The notes beneath the pieces were generated by a model. It was not told the origin of the DNA and ran no database searches. It worked only from the letters and a program-made list of their open reading frames with translations. The position numbers were made by a program, and so were the translations under genes. Positions 13,395 to 24,088 of a stretch of 64,000 nucleotides of DNA are shown here, in pieces. The DNA comes from an uncultured Chloroflexia bacterium. GTDB taxonomy: Bacteria > Chloroflexota > Limnocylindria > Limnocylindrales > CSP1-4. The stretch lies in contig CAVVNQ010000015.1 of the NCBI GenBank assembly GCA_963749705.1, forward strand, positions 224,001 to 288,000. Reading direction: 5' to 3'. Position 1 is the stretch's first letter, and each line of letters begins with the position of its first letter.

Positions 13395-14588
13395 TTGCGG
13401 ACCAGCACCCGACTCGTCGCCCTGGTGGGCGCCGCGTCGTTCGTCTTTGCCGCTTGTGGCGGCAGCACCGCCACCACCGCGCCCCCCGCCAGCCAGGCAC
13501 CCGAGTCCATGGCACCCGAGTCCATGGCACCGGAGTCCATGGCACCGGAGTCCGTGGCCCCGACGTCGAACCTCAAGATCGGCGTTGTCACGGATATCGG
13601 GACGCTCAACGACAAGGGCTACAACGAGTACAGCTTCAAGGGCGCCGAGGACGGCGCCACCGAAATCGGCGCACCTGCGCCGCAGTCGACCGTGCCGAAG
13701 GACGCCTCCGAGTACGCGGCCGACATCCAGGCGTTCATCGACCAGAAGTACGACATCATCGTCACCGTCGGGTTCAACCTGACGAACGACACGGTCGCCG
13801 CGGCACACGCCAACCCCACGATCCACTTCGTGGGCGTGGACCAGTCCCCGGTGTGCGTCGATGAGACGGGCGCCCCGGATGCCACCTTCGCCTGCAAGGG
13901 CGACGCCAAGACCCTCGTCCCGAACTACACCTCGCTGTACTTCGCGGAGGACCAGGCGGGCTATCTCGCCGGGATCGTCGCGGCGTACGCGTCCAAGAAC
14001 GGCTCGGTCGGTGCCATCGGCGGCACCACGCTGTGCGCTCCGTGCGTGCGCTACATCCAGGGCTATGAGCTCGGCGCGAAGTCGGTCAAGTCCGACATCA
14101 AGGTGAGCACGGCCTACGTCACGAACGACTTCTCCGCGGCCGCCTTCAACGACCCGGCCGGCGGCAAGACGTTCGCCCAGACATTCATCAAGGCCAACGG
14201 CGTGGACGTCCTGTTCCAGGTCGCGGGCAAGACCGGCAACGGCGTCCTCGAAGCCGCCTGCCAGGCCGGCATCGACGGCATCGGCGTCGATGTCGACCAG
14301 TGGGTGTCCATCGGGGCGCCCAACAACTCGTGCATCATCACGAGCGCTGAGAAGCACGTCGAGTCGGCCGTGAAGCAGGCCATCGTCGGCATCGCCGCCG
14401 ACAACCTGGCCGCGGGCGACGTCCTGTTCAACGCCGCCAATGACGGCATCGGCGTGTCGCCGTTCCACGACGCCGCCTCGATGTTCGGTCCCGAGGTCCA
14501 GACGGCCCTCGATACCGCGCTCGCCGGCATGAAGGCGGGCACGCTCAAGACCTGCCCCGACACCGGCTGCGGCGTCTACACGCCCTAG
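13395..14588 (+). CDS. BMP-family (PnrA-like) nucleoside ABC transporter substrate-binding lipoprotein
   Basis: GAGGAGG RBS, TTG start, lipobox FAAC, DKGYN, AGYLAG, VAGKTGNG, IGVDVDQ, TSAEK. Confidence 0.92.
   Translation: MRTSTRLVALVGAASFVFAACGGSTATTAPPASQAPESMAPESMAPESMAPESVAPTSNLKIGVVTDIGTLNDKGYNEYSFKGAEDGATEIGAPAPQSTVPKDASEYAADIQAFIDQKYDIIVTVGFNLTNDTVAAAHANPTIHFVGVDQSPVCVDETGAPDATFACKGDAKTLVPNYTSLYFAEDQAGYLAGIVAAYASKNGSVGAIGGTTLCAPCVRYIQGYELGAKSVKSDIKVSTAYVTNDFSAAAFNDPAGGKTFAQTFIKANGVDVLFQVAGKTGNGVLEAACQAGIDGIGVDVDQWVSIGAPNNSCIITSAEKHVESAVKQAIVGIAADNLAAGDVLFNAANDGIGVSPFHDAASMFGPEVQTALDTALAGMKAGTLKTCPDTGCGVYTP
13497..13556 (+). repeat. In-frame 15-bp tandem repeat x4 encoding (APESM)3-APESV linker
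   Basis: GCACC(C/G)GAGTCC(A/G)TG repeated four times. Confidence 0.9.
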
Positions 14589-14608
14589 CCTCCACCGGGT
14601 AAACGGTT

Positions 14609-14642
14609 CGGACGGGTCGGCTGCTTGCGGCCGACCCGTCCG
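14609..14642 (+). terminator. 13-bp hairpin after the BMP gene (stabiliser or attenuator)
   Basis: CGGACGGGTCGGC...GCCGACCCGTCCG. Confidence 0.6.
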
Positions 14643-14679
14643 CATAACCGCCCAGCGCGTACTGCCGGAGTCATCGCTC

Positions 14680-16257
14680 ATGGCCGACTCGACGGGAACG
14701 ATCGTCGCCCCGGCGCTCGAGATGCGAAGCATCACGAAGCGGTATCCGGGTGTGGTGGCCAACGACAGGATCAGCCTCGAGGTCCGCCCCGGGGAGATCC
14801 ATGCCCTGCTGGGCGAGAACGGCGCCGGCAAGACCACCCTCATGAACGTCCTGTACGGGCTGGCAACACCCGACGTGGGCGAGATCCTGCTCGATGGGTC
14901 GCCGGTGCAGATCGCCGGCCCCGCCGACGCGATCGCCCGTGGCATCAGCATGGTCCACCAGCACTTCATGCTGGTGCCGGTGCTCACGGTGGCCGAGAAC
15001 ATCCTCCTGGGGGAGGAGACGATGGCCAACCGGTTCTTCCTCGATCGCAGGGAGGCGCACAAGCGGATCATCGAGCTCGGCCGGCGGTTCGACTTCGAGA
15101 TCGACCCCGAGGTCAAGGTCGGCTCGCTGTCGGTGGGCTGGCAGCAGCGCGTGGAGATCCTCAAGGCGCTGTACCGGAACGCGCGGATCCTCGTCCTCGA
15201 CGAACCGACCGCGGTGCTCACGCCCCAGGAGACGGAGGAGATCTTCGCCGTCCTCCGGCGGCTGGCGGCCGAGGGCCACAGCATCGTATTCATCAGCCAC
15301 AAGCTGTACGAGGTCCTCGAGATCGCGGACCGGATCACCGTCATCCGGCGTGGCCGCGTGGTCGGCGAGCGCACGCCGGCCGAGACCGACGAGGACGACC
15401 TGGCCGAGCTGATGGTCGGTCGCGAGGTCCAGCTGACCGTCGACCGGGGCACGTCGCATCCGGGTGCCACGGTGCTCAACGTGACCGGGCTCGAGGCGAG
15501 CGACGACCGAGGTCACCCGATGGTCAGGGGCGTCGACCTCGAGGTTCGTGCCGGCGAGATCTTCGGCATCGCCGGCGTCGCCGGGAACGGCCAGGACGAG
15601 CTGGTCGAATCGATCATCGGCCTGCGCCATCCCACGACGGGCACGGTCACCCTCGACGGGCTGGACATCACCGCGTACACCCCCCGCCAGATGAACGAGG
15701 CACAGGTCGCGTACGTTCCCGCGGACCGCCACCGGTTCGGCCTGATCCTGTCGTTCCCGCTGGCCGACAACCTGGTCCTGACCAGCTACTACCGGCCGCC
15801 CTATGCCCGCGGGCTCATCCGCGACCGCGAGGCGATCGATCGGGACGCCGCCACGGCGGTCGAGAAGTTCGACATCCGGACGCCGTCCGCAACCGTCAAG
15901 GCGAGCACGCTGTCCGGTGGCAACCAGCAGAAGGCGGTCGTCGCCCGCGAGTTCGACCGGGACCTCAAGCTGCTGATCCTCGACCAGCCGACGCGCGGCC
16001 TCGACGTGGGCAGCATCGAGTTCATCCACCGCCAGGTGATCGCCAAGCGCGACGCGGGCACCGCGGTGCTGCTCGTCTCGGCGGAGCTCGACGAGGTCCT
16101 CGAGCTGTCCGACCGGATCGGCGTCATGTACGAGGGCCGGATCGTCGCCGTCCTCGACGGCCCCACCGCGGACAAGAACGCGGTCGGCCTGCTGATGGCG
16201 ACCGGTGGCGAGGAGCGCGACCCGGCTGCCCGCCCGGTGACGGGAGCCGTGGCATGA
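14680..16257 (+). CDS. Nucleoside/sugar ABC transporter ATP-binding protein with two ATPase domains
   Basis: GENGAGKTT, VHQHFML, DEPTAVLT, LSGGNQQK, QPTRGLD. Confidence 0.95.
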   Translation: MADSTGTIVAPALEMRSITKRYPGVVANDRISLEVRPGEIHALLGENGAGKTTLMNVLYGLATPDVGEILLDGSPVQIAGPADAIARGISMVHQHFMLVPVLTVAENILLGEETMANRFFLDRREAHKRIIELGRRFDFEIDPEVKVGSLSVGWQQRVEILKALYRNARILVLDEPTAVLTPQETEEIFAVLRRLAAEGHSIVFISHKLYEVLEIADRITVIRRGRVVGERTPAETDEDDLAELMVGREVQLTVDRGTSHPGATVLNVTGLEASDDRGHPMVRGVDLEVRAGEIFGIAGVAGNGQDELVESIIGLRHPTTGTVTLDGLDITAYTPRQMNEAQVAYVPADRHRFGLILSFPLADNLVLTSYYRPPYARGLIRDREAIDRDAATAVEKFDIRTPSATVKASTLSGGNQQKAVVAREFDRDLKLLILDQPTRGLDVGSIEFIHRQVIAKRDAGTAVLLVSAELDEVLELSDRIGVMYEGRIVAVLDGPTADKNAVGLLMATGGEERDPAARPVTGAVA

Positions 16258-17408
16258 GCGAGGTTCGCCGGCCCGGCTGGCTGCGGCCGCGGAAGGTCTC
16301 GGCTGCGGGCATCTGGTCGATCGTCGCGGTCCCGGTCACGGTCATCGTCCTGTCGGTGCTGCTGGGCGCGGCGATCGTGCTCTTCTCGGAGCTGCTGGTC
16401 CCGGGCAAGGAGTTCGACTGGGGCCTGCCGCTGGTCGCCTATGGCGCGCTGATCGAGGGCGCGCTGGGCAACCCGGACGCGGTCGTCTCGACGCTCGTCA
16501 ACTCCACGCCGCTGCTGTTCGGCGGCCTCGCGGTCGGCTTCGGCTTCAAGGCGGGGCTGTTCAACATCGGCGCGCAGGGCCAGTTCCTGGTCGGCGCCCT
16601 GGGGGCCGTGATCGTGGGCGTCCAGCTGGCCGACGCGCCCGCGATCGTCGCGATCCCGGCCGCGGCCCTGGCGGGCTTCGTCGCGGGCGGCCTGTGGGGC
16701 TTCGTGCCGGGCTTCCTCAAGGCGGTCTCGGGCGCCCACGAGGTCGTCAGCACGATCATGATGAACTACATCGCGGTCCAGCTCCTGGCGGCGCTCGTGA
16801 GCGGTCCGCTCAAGGTGCCCAAGTCGCCGTCCCCGGTCACGTTCGACGTCGGCAACGCGGCGTTCCCGGTGATCCTGGGGCGCAACGGGCACCTCGGCAT
16901 CGTGCTCGCCCTGATCGCGGCGTTCTTCGTGTGGTGGCTGCTGTTCCGCACCACCTGGGGGTTCGAGGTCCGCGCCGTGGGCGCCAACCCTGACGCGTCG
17001 CGCTATGCCGGCATGCGACCCCGGCTGATCACAATCGCCACCATGACCTTCAGCGGGGCGCTGGCCGGGCTGGCCGGGACGAGCGTGCTGCTGGGCGTGA
17101 CCCACACCATGACGTCGAGCTTCGGCACGACGGTCGGCTTCGACTCGATCGCGGTCGCCCTGCTCGCGCGATCGCACCCGCTGGTCACCATCTTCGCGGC
17201 CCTCCTGTTCGGTGGCATGCGGGCGGGGGCCGGGCTGATGCAGATCCGGGCCCAGATCCCGGTCGAGCTGGTGGACGTGCTCCAGGCGGTGATCCTGCTG
17301 TTCCTGGTCGCGAGCCCCGTGCTCCGCTACGTGCTCCGGGCGCGGGGCCCGGGCCAGGGCGAGCCCATCGTCGCGACCGGTGGCCTGGCGCCCAAGGCGG
17401 CCGCCTGA
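16254..17408 (+). CDS. Nucleoside ABC transporter permease 1
   Basis: GLFNIGAQGQ, HEVVSTIMMNY, GFDSIAVALL. Confidence 0.93.
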   Translation: MSEVRRPGWLRPRKVSAAGIWSIVAVPVTVIVLSVLLGAAIVLFSELLVPGKEFDWGLPLVAYGALIEGALGNPDAVVSTLVNSTPLLFGGLAVGFGFKAGLFNIGAQGQFLVGALGAVIVGVQLADAPAIVAIPAAALAGFVAGGLWGFVPGFLKAVSGAHEVVSTIMMNYIAVQLLAALVSGPLKVPKSPSPVTFDVGNAAFPVILGRNGHLGIVLALIAAFFVWWLLFRTTWGFEVRAVGANPDASRYAGMRPRLITIATMTFSGALAGLAGTSVLLGVTHTMTSSFGTTVGFDSIAVALLARSHPLVTIFAALLFGGMRAGAGLMQIRAQIPVELVDVLQAVILLFLVASPVLRYVLRARGPGQGEPIVATGGLAPKAAA

Positions 17409-18493
17409 TGGACATCACGCAGCTGTTCGACGCGCTGTACGCCATCCCGTTGCTGGGGATCCTGTTCCAGGCGGTCGGCTTCCTGGTCGCGGTCATCCCA
17501 TCCAACGCGCCCAACATCATGAACCAGGCGACCCCGCTCGCCCTGGCCGCCCTGTGCGGCGTGCTGTGCGAGCGCTCGGGCGTGGTCAACATCGGCATCG
17601 AGGGCACGATGCTCGCGGCCGCGTTCACGGCATGGGTCGTCGGCGTTGCCGTCAACCCGATGTTCGGCAGCCCGGCGCCCGGCGAGGTGTTCGGCCTGAC
17701 CATCCCGCTCCTGATCTGCCTCCTCGCCGCGGTGCTGGTGGCGGTCGTGATCTCCGCGCTCCATGCGTGGCTCTCGATCTCGCTCCGCGCGGACCAGATC
17801 ATCAGCGGCACGATCATCAACATCGCGGCGTTCGGGGTGACCGGCTATCTCGACCAGCTGATCTCGCGATCCTCGCCGGCCGGTGCCGGCAGCTTCGCCG
17901 CGTTCAGGCCGCCGGCCGAGCTGATCCAGATCCCCGTGATCGGCTGGATCATCGACATGTTCCTCGCCCAGGGCCCGATCGCGATGTCCACGATCGTGAT
18001 CATGGTGGGCGCCCAGATCTGGCTGTTCCGGACGCGCTGGGGGCTCCGGACGCGCGCCGTCGGCGAGCACCCGCGCGCCGCGGAGACCGTCGGCATCGAC
18101 GTGATCCGGCTGCGCTACCGGAACGTGATGCTGGGCGGCGTGTTCGCCGGCCTCGGCGGCGCCTGGCTGAGCATCGAGGCCACCAACTCGTTCCAGATCG
18201 GGATGACCACCGGACGCGGCTTCATCGCGCTGGCCGCGATGATCATGGGTCGCTGGACGCCGATCGGGGCGTTCGGCTCGGCCCTCCTGTTCGCACTGTT
18301 CCTCCAGATCAGCCAGCTGATCAAGATCGCGCCCCCGACGGGCGACCTGGGGGTCGTGATGCGGTCGGTGCCCGCGCAGCTGTGGGATGCGCTCCCGTAC
18401 CTGCTCACGATCGTGATCCTGGCCGGCGTCGTCGGTCGGAGCGTCCCGCCGGCCGCCGACGGGCAGCCGTACGAGCGCGAAGCGGCGGCCTGA
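17408..18493 (+). CDS. Nucleoside ABC transporter permease 2
   Basis: ERSGVVNIGIEG, AVGEHP, GRGFIALAA, LPYLLT. Confidence 0.93.
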   Translation: MDITQLFDALYAIPLLGILFQAVGFLVAVIPSNAPNIMNQATPLALAALCGVLCERSGVVNIGIEGTMLAAAFTAWVVGVAVNPMFGSPAPGEVFGLTIPLLICLLAAVLVAVVISALHAWLSISLRADQIISGTIINIAAFGVTGYLDQLISRSSPAGAGSFAAFRPPAELIQIPVIGWIIDMFLAQGPIAMSTIVIMVGAQIWLFRTRWGLRTRAVGEHPRAAETVGIDVIRLRYRNVMLGGVFAGLGGAWLSIEATNSFQIGMTTGRGFIALAAMIMGRWTPIGAFGSALLFALFLQISQLIKIAPPTGDLGVVMRSVPAQLWDALPYLLTIVILAGVVGRSVPPAADGQPYEREAAA

Positions 18494-18497
18494 GCCC

Positions 18498-19496
18498 GTG
18501 ACGCCGGGCGACGCCGAGCGGGCGGCCGCCCTCGCCGCGCTGCCGGGCCGGCCGCCGGGGGGCGAGCCGCGACCGGTGATCCTGGACTGCGACCCCGGAC
18601 ACGACGATGCGCTGGCGATCCTCCTGGCCTGCGCCTCGCCCGGGCTCGAGGTCCTGGGCGTCACGACCGTTGCCGGCAACTCGGGGCTCGCCAACACCAC
18701 GCGCAACGCGCTGCGGGTGCTGACGCTGCTCGACCGGACGGACATCCCGGTGGCCGCGGGTGCGGCCCGGCCGCTGGTCCAGGATCCGCTGATCCAGCCG
18801 GCGTTCCACGGTGATTCAGGGCTGGACGGCTCGGACCTGCCCGACGCCGCGATGGGCGCACGTCCCGAGGCCGCGGTCGAGCTGATGGCGTCGCTGGTCC
18901 GCGCGTCCCCGGCGCCGGTGACGCTCGTGCCCACCGGACCGCTGACCAACGTCGCGCTGTTCCTGCGCGCCTTCCCGTCGCTCCACGATCGGCTCGGCGC
19001 GATCTCGCTGATGGGCGGCTCGCTGGGCGCGGGCAACACCACGGCCTCGGCCGAGTTCAACATCTGGCAGGATCCGGAGGCCGCCGCGATCGTGTTCGGG
19101 GCGGGCGTCCCGATCCTGATGGCGGGCCTGGACGTGACCCACCAGGCGCTGGTGCTGCCGGAGGACGTTGCCCGGCTGGAGGCGCTGGGCACCCGGACCG
19201 GGCACGTGTTCGCGGACCTGATGCGGTTCTTCGCCATCCACCACCGCAACCGGTACGGCTGGCCCGGCCCGCCGATCCATGATGCGGTCGCGGTCGGGGT
19301 GCTGGTCGCCCCGTGGCTCGTCGAGCGCCGCCGGATGCGCGTCGACGTCGAGATCGGCGATGGGCTGACCCGGGGGCGAACGGTCGGGGACGAGGAGGGG
19401 ATCAGCGGCCGGCCGCCGAACGCGGAGGTTGGGATCCGGCTCGATCGGGAGGGGCTCATCGACCTCGTCGTCGACGCCGTCGCGCGCTTCCCCTAG
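18498..19496 (+). CDS. Inosine/uridine-preferring nucleoside hydrolase (Rih family)
   Basis: DCDPGHDD, HGDSG, GPLTN, AEFNIWQDPEAA, IHD. Confidence 0.95.
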   Translation: MTPGDAERAAALAALPGRPPGGEPRPVILDCDPGHDDALAILLACASPGLEVLGVTTVAGNSGLANTTRNALRVLTLLDRTDIPVAAGAARPLVQDPLIQPAFHGDSGLDGSDLPDAAMGARPEAAVELMASLVRASPAPVTLVPTGPLTNVALFLRAFPSLHDRLGAISLMGGSLGAGNTTASAEFNIWQDPEAAAIVFGAGVPILMAGLDVTHQALVLPEDVARLEALGTRTGHVFADLMRFFAIHHRNRYGWPGPPIHDAVAVGVLVAPWLVERRRMRVDVEIGDGLTRGRTVGDEEGISGRPPNAEVGIRLDREGLIDLVVDAVARFP

Positions 19497-19506
19497 GATC
19501 GGGAGC

Positions 19507-20787
19507 ATGCCGACCACGCCGCCGCCCGCCGCGCGCGAAACCGCCGATCCGTACGCCGCCACGCCGCTCGAGCTCGGGTTCGACCCGGCCGACCCGTCGT
19601 TCATCGCCGACCCGTACCCGGTGTACGCGCGGCTGCGCACGGACCACCCGCTGCTGTGGAACCCCGACACCAGCCAGTGGATCGTGTCCCGGTTCGGGGA
19701 CGTCAACGCGCTGCTCCGGGACCGGCGCCTCGGCCGCACCTATCTCCACGTCGCGACCCACGAGGAGATGGGCCACGCGTCACCTCCCGAGTTCCAGGAC
19801 CCGTTCTGGACGCTGGTGCAGGACGGGATGCTGGACCGCGAGCCGCCGGACCACACGCGTCTCCGGCGGCTGGTGTCCAAGGCGTTCACCCCGGCCACCG
19901 TGGAGGGGCTCCGAGGTCGGATCGAGACGATCGTCGACGGGCTGCTGACGGCGGCGATCGCCAAGGGCGAGTTCGACCTGATCGCGGACGTGGCCGAGCC
20001 GCTGCCGGTCACCGTGATCGCGGAGCTGCTCGGGGTGCCCGAGGCGGACCGCCACCTGCTCCGGCCCTGGTCGTCCGACATCTGCCTGATGTACGAGCTC
20101 AACCCGCCCGAGGAGAGCCAGCACCGGTCGGTCGCGGCGAGCGTCGCGTTCGGCGACTACCTGCGGGAGCTGGCACGGGACCGGCGGCAGCATCCGGGCG
20201 ACGACCTGATCTCGGGCCTCGCGCAGGTCGCGGAGGCCGGGGACATCCTGACCGAGGGCGAGCTCGTGGGGACGTGCGCGCTGCTGCTCAACGCGGGGCA
20301 CGAGGCGTCCGTCAACGGCGCGGGCAACGCGTGGTGGACGCTGTTCCGGCACCCCGACGCGCTCGCGGGGCTGCGGGCCGACCCGTCGCTCGTTCCGACC
20401 GCGCTCGAGGAGCTGCTGCGGTTCGACACGCCGTTGCCGATGTTCGAGCGCTGGGTGCTCGAGGACATCGAGCTGTATGGGGTGCGGATCCCGCGCGGGG
20501 CCGAGCTCGCCCTCCAGTTCGCGTCGGCGAACCGGGACCCGGACGGCTTCGACCGGGTGGACGAGCTGGTGCTGGACCGCAGGCCCAACCCGTACCTATC
20601 GTTCGGTGCCGGGATCCACTACTGCCTGGGCGCGCCGCTGGCCAAGCTCGAGATGGGGATCCTGTTCCGCGAGATCCTCGCGCGGATGCCCGCCCTCGAG
20701 CTCCGCGAGCCGCCGGCCTGGAAGCCGACGTTCATCCTGCGGGGGCTGCAGTCGCTGCCGGTCTCAGCGGGACGTGACGCCACCTGA
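19507..20787 (+). CDS. Cytochrome P450 (CYP107-like)
   Basis: EPPDHTRLR, I-helix NAGHEAS, EELLR, heme motif FGAGIHYCLG. Confidence 0.96.
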   Translation: MPTTPPPAARETADPYAATPLELGFDPADPSFIADPYPVYARLRTDHPLLWNPDTSQWIVSRFGDVNALLRDRRLGRTYLHVATHEEMGHASPPEFQDPFWTLVQDGMLDREPPDHTRLRRLVSKAFTPATVEGLRGRIETIVDGLLTAAIAKGEFDLIADVAEPLPVTVIAELLGVPEADRHLLRPWSSDICLMYELNPPEESQHRSVAASVAFGDYLRELARDRRQHPGDDLISGLAQVAEAGDILTEGELVGTCALLLNAGHEASVNGAGNAWWTLFRHPDALAGLRADPSLVPTALEELLRFDTPLPMFERWVLEDIELYGVRIPRGAELALQFASANRDPDGFDRVDELVLDRRPNPYLSFGAGIHYCLGAPLAKLEMGILFREILARMPALELREPPAWKPTFILRGLQSLPVSAGRDAT

Positions 20788-20846
20788 CATGCTGAAGCAC
20801 CCGGCCTGAGAGATCCTGGCCGGGTGCGGGGTCGGACCCAGGTGGC

Positions 20847-21834
20847 TCAGCTGGCGGGCGTGAGCCAGACCGGGTAGTCGGTCACGTTCTCCGGCGAGCC
20901 GTCCTTGGCCGAGTAGTCGAGCACCCGCAGGGTGCCCCACTGCGCCTTCGAGACCGAATAGCTCAGCTGCGCCGAGAACGTGCCCCAGCAGCCCGTGCCG
21001 CAGGTGGCCATCACCTGCTGGTCGACGAGCCGGGTACCGGCGGCGTCCATCAGCTGGACCCGGAACGTCGCCTCGAACACGTTGGCCAGACCGGTGACCG
21101 TGCCCGGGTTGCCGAGCGCGGCGCCCCAGGCGGGGCGGTCGACGAAGATCGCCGGCAGCTGGTCGTGATAGTCGGCGCGGCCGACCGGGTGGTCGAGGAT
21201 CAAGGCCCTCACCGCCGAAGATCGTGACCGGCTGTCCGTCGAGCTTGAACAGGACCCCGTCGACGGTCGAGAACTGGGTCAGCGTGTAGACGACCTGCGA
21301 CAGCCGCCCGAACATCGAGGCGCTGCCGCCGCCGGTCTCGTATTCGCGGGACAGGTCGATGGTGGCGACGCCGCCGGTGATCGACAGGCCGAGCAGCTGC
21401 GTGCCGGCCGGGATCGTCGTGACCAGCGCGGGGCTGGCCGCCTGCTCCCTGGCGTTGGGGCCGGCGAGCAGCTCGCGGATGGCGGCGGTCGCGACGGCCT
21501 GAGTCCTGGGGATCTCTCGCAGGACGGGCACCAGGTGCTCGTTCGCCAGGAAGTAGGCGCGGACGATGACCGTGGCCGTGGGCGCCGGTGTGGCGGTGGG
21601 CGCCGTCGTCGGGCCCGTGGACGGGGTCGTGGAACCGGTGGGCTGCGCCGTCGGCGTCGGCGAGGCCGTGTCCGGCGTGACGTCGGCGGTCGGGACCTCG
21701 ACCGACGGGTTGCTGGTGGCGGGTGGCGTGGCGGGCGTGCCCAGGGCGCCCGTCGCGGGCGAGCACGCCGCGGCGAGCAGCACGACGGCTGCGAGGACGG
21801 TGATCGATGTCAGCGAGCGGGTGGTGGCGATCAT
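20847..21834 (-). CDS. GerMN plus Gmad2-like Ig-domain lipoprotein, frameshift near 21210
   Basis: Lipobox LAAAC, Thr/Pro linker, ELLAGP, TIDLS, QVVYTLTQF, then GLANVFEA. Confidence 0.85.
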
Positions 21835-23297
21835 GGCTGGGACCTCGATGTGGGCTCCGATGCCCCACGAGCATCGCCCGCGCGCGTCACGCGCCCAGCA
21901 CCGGCGGGTAACGATCCGGTGACAGGCAGCGTCAACGAGAACACCATGCCGCCGCCGGGGCGCCGGCGCGCGGTCAGCGTTCCGCCGACGAGCGCGGCAT
22001 GCTCCCGGGCGATCGCCAGCCCGAGCCCGGAGCTGCCGCCGCGCCGCGACGGGTCGGCCTTGTAGAAGCGATCGAACAGATGGGGCATGGCATCGGATGC
22101 CACCCCGGGTCCACGGTCGGCGACCACGATCACCGCGCCGTCGCGGGTACCCGTGAGCGACACCTCCACCGGCGCGCCCGGCGCATGGTCCCGGGCGTTG
22201 TCGAGAAGGTTGCCCAGGATGCGGTCGAGCCGGCGCGGCTCGGATTCCACGACCACCGGGTCCCGCGGCAGCGACACCTCGGCCTCGGGCAGCCGGGCGG
22301 CGACGACGCCGGTCACGATCCGGCCGAGATCCACGGGTTCCAGCGCGGCCTGCTCGGCCTGCGCGTCGAAGCGCGAGACCTCCATCAGGTCGTCGACGAG
22401 CACCCGCAGCCGCCGGACGTCGGCAACGAGGAGCTCGGCGGCCCGTCGCGCGTCGGGCGTGAGGCGGTCGAGTCCCGTCTCGATCAGCGACGCCTCGGCG
22501 ACCAGGGCGGTCAGCGGTGTTCGCAGCTCGTGCGAGACGTCCGCGACGAAGTCCCGGTTCTGGCGCTGCGCCGCTTCCAGCCGGACGACGGTCGTCTCCA
22601 GCGAGTCGGCCATGCGATTGAACTCGGCCGCCCAGCGTCCGAACTCGTCCCGACCCTCCTCGGGCACCCGTGCCGAGAGGTCGCCCCGCGCGATCCGGCG
22701 GGCCGCCTCGCCGGCGGCGGCGACCGGCTGCAGGATCCGTCGCGCGATGACGCGGGCGGTGAGCAGCGCCACCAGCACCGCGATCAGCGCCGCGGCCGCA
22801 AGCCCGAGCCGGAGCTGGGCCAGCGCATCCTCGACCGGGCGGGCGGAGAACACGAAGTAGAGATCCGGCGGGCCGCCCACCCGGCCGCCCACCACGAGGG
22901 CCGGCCCACCCGACAGGTCCAGCCACGCGTAGCCCAGCTGTCCGTCGGCCACGATCTGGCGGAGCGAGGCCGGGATCCGGTCCGGGACGCCCTGGAGGGC
23001 AAGGCTCGACAGGTACGGGTTGCCGTCGCCGAAGTCCGCGATGACCTCGGAGTCGCCGCGCAGCCGGAACGCCGCCGGCAGGCTGCTGGCGCGGAAGCTG
23101 TCCGCGTCGGTCGGGCGCGGCTGTGCGTCCGGGAGCAGGACCGAGAGGTTGAAGTCCACCTGCTGGCGAGCGTCGGCGATCAGCCGGTCGCGCAGCGACG
23201 CATCGACGAACGCGTACGTTCCGATGCCGATCGCGGCGACGGTCACGGCGACGAGCGCCACCAGGGTCAGCGCGAGCCGGGTCCGGATGCCGCCCAT
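21831..23297 (-). CDS. HAMP sensor histidine kinase (MtrB-like)
   Basis: Two TM segments, FVADVSHELRTPL, NLLDNA, DRGPG, GSSGLGL. Confidence 0.95.
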   Translation of the reverse strand: MGGIRTRLALTLVALVAVTVAAIGIGTYAFVDASLRDRLIADARQQVDFNLSVLLPDAQPRPTDADSFRASSLPAAFRLRGDSEVIADFGDGNPYLSSLALQGVPDRIPASLRQIVADGQLGYAWLDLSGGPALVVGGRVGGPPDLYFVFSARPVEDALAQLRLGLAAAALIAVLVALLTARVIARRILQPVAAAGEAARRIARGDLSARVPEEGRDEFGRWAAEFNRMADSLETTVVRLEAAQRQNRDFVADVSHELRTPLTALVAEASLIETGLDRLTPDARRAAELLVADVRRLRVLVDDLMEVSRFDAQAEQAALEPVDLGRIVTGVVAARLPEAEVSLPRDPVVVESEPRRLDRILGNLLDNARDHAPGAPVEVSLTGTRDGAVIVVADRGPGVASDAMPHLFDRFYKADPSRRGGSSGLGLAIAREHAALVGGTLTARRRPGGGMVFSLTLPVTGSLPAGAGRVTRAGDARGASEPTSRSQP

Positions 23298-23325
23298 CTG
23301 CTGCTCGTGCCCGCCGCTCAGCGTC

Positions 23326-24021
23326 TCAGCCGGCCGGCCGGGCGGCCTTGTACCCGGCGCCGCGGACGGTGAGGATCAGGGCCGGCTCGGCCGGGTCCGC
23401 TTCGACCTTGGCCCGCAGCCGGCCGATCGCGACGTCCACCAGCCGCGAATCGCCGAGGTAGTCGTAGCCCCAGACGTGGTCCAGCAGGACGTCCCGCGTG
23501 AACACCTGGCCCGGCCGGCTCGCCAGGTCGGCCAGGAGGTCGAACTCGGTCCGCGTGAGCGGCACCTCATGGCCGTCGCGCTCCACCGTGCGCCCGGCGA
23601 GGTCGATCCTCAGCGGGCCCAGCTGGATGAGGCGCTCGACGGACGGGTCCTCGTCCCGCCCTCGCCGCCGCAGGGCCGCGCGCAGCCTGGCGACCAGCTC
23701 GGGCATCTCGAACGGCTTGCGGACGTAATCGTCCGCGCCGGATTCCAGGCCGACCACGACATCGATCGTGTCGGCGCGTGCGGTGAGCATGACGATCGGC
23801 GTGGTGGCCTCGCGGCGGATGGCCCGACACACCTCGAGGCCATCCATCCGCGGCAGCATCACGTCGAGCAGGACCAGGTCAAACGGCTCCGCGCGCCAGC
23901 GTTCGAGGCCCTCGGCGCCGTCGCCGGCCGTCGTCACGGTGAAGCCCGCCGCACGCAGCCCGAGCGCGGTCACCTCGCGGATCGACGGGTCGTCCTCGAC
24001 GAGCAGGATGTGCGCGTCCAC
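23326..24021 (-). CDS. OmpR-family response regulator (MtrA-like)
   Basis: LLVEDD, LLDVMLP, GADDY, GDSRLVDV, TVRGAGY. Confidence 0.95.
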   Translation of the reverse strand: MDAHILLVEDDPSIREVTALGLRAAGFTVTTAGDGAEGLERWRAEPFDLVLLDVMLPRMDGLEVCRAIRREATTPIVMLTARADTIDVVVGLESGADDYVRKPFEMPELVARLRAALRRRGRDEDPSVERLIQLGPLRIDLAGRTVERDGHEVPLTRTEFDLLADLASRPGQVFTRDVLLDHVWGYDYLGDSRLVDVAIGRLRAKVEADPAEPALILTVRGAGYKAARPAG

Positions 24022-24088
24022 GGCGCGAGTATGGCAGCGGCCGATGCGCGCGGTGAGTGCCGACGGTCAGGGCCCGCGAGCCCGAGCG

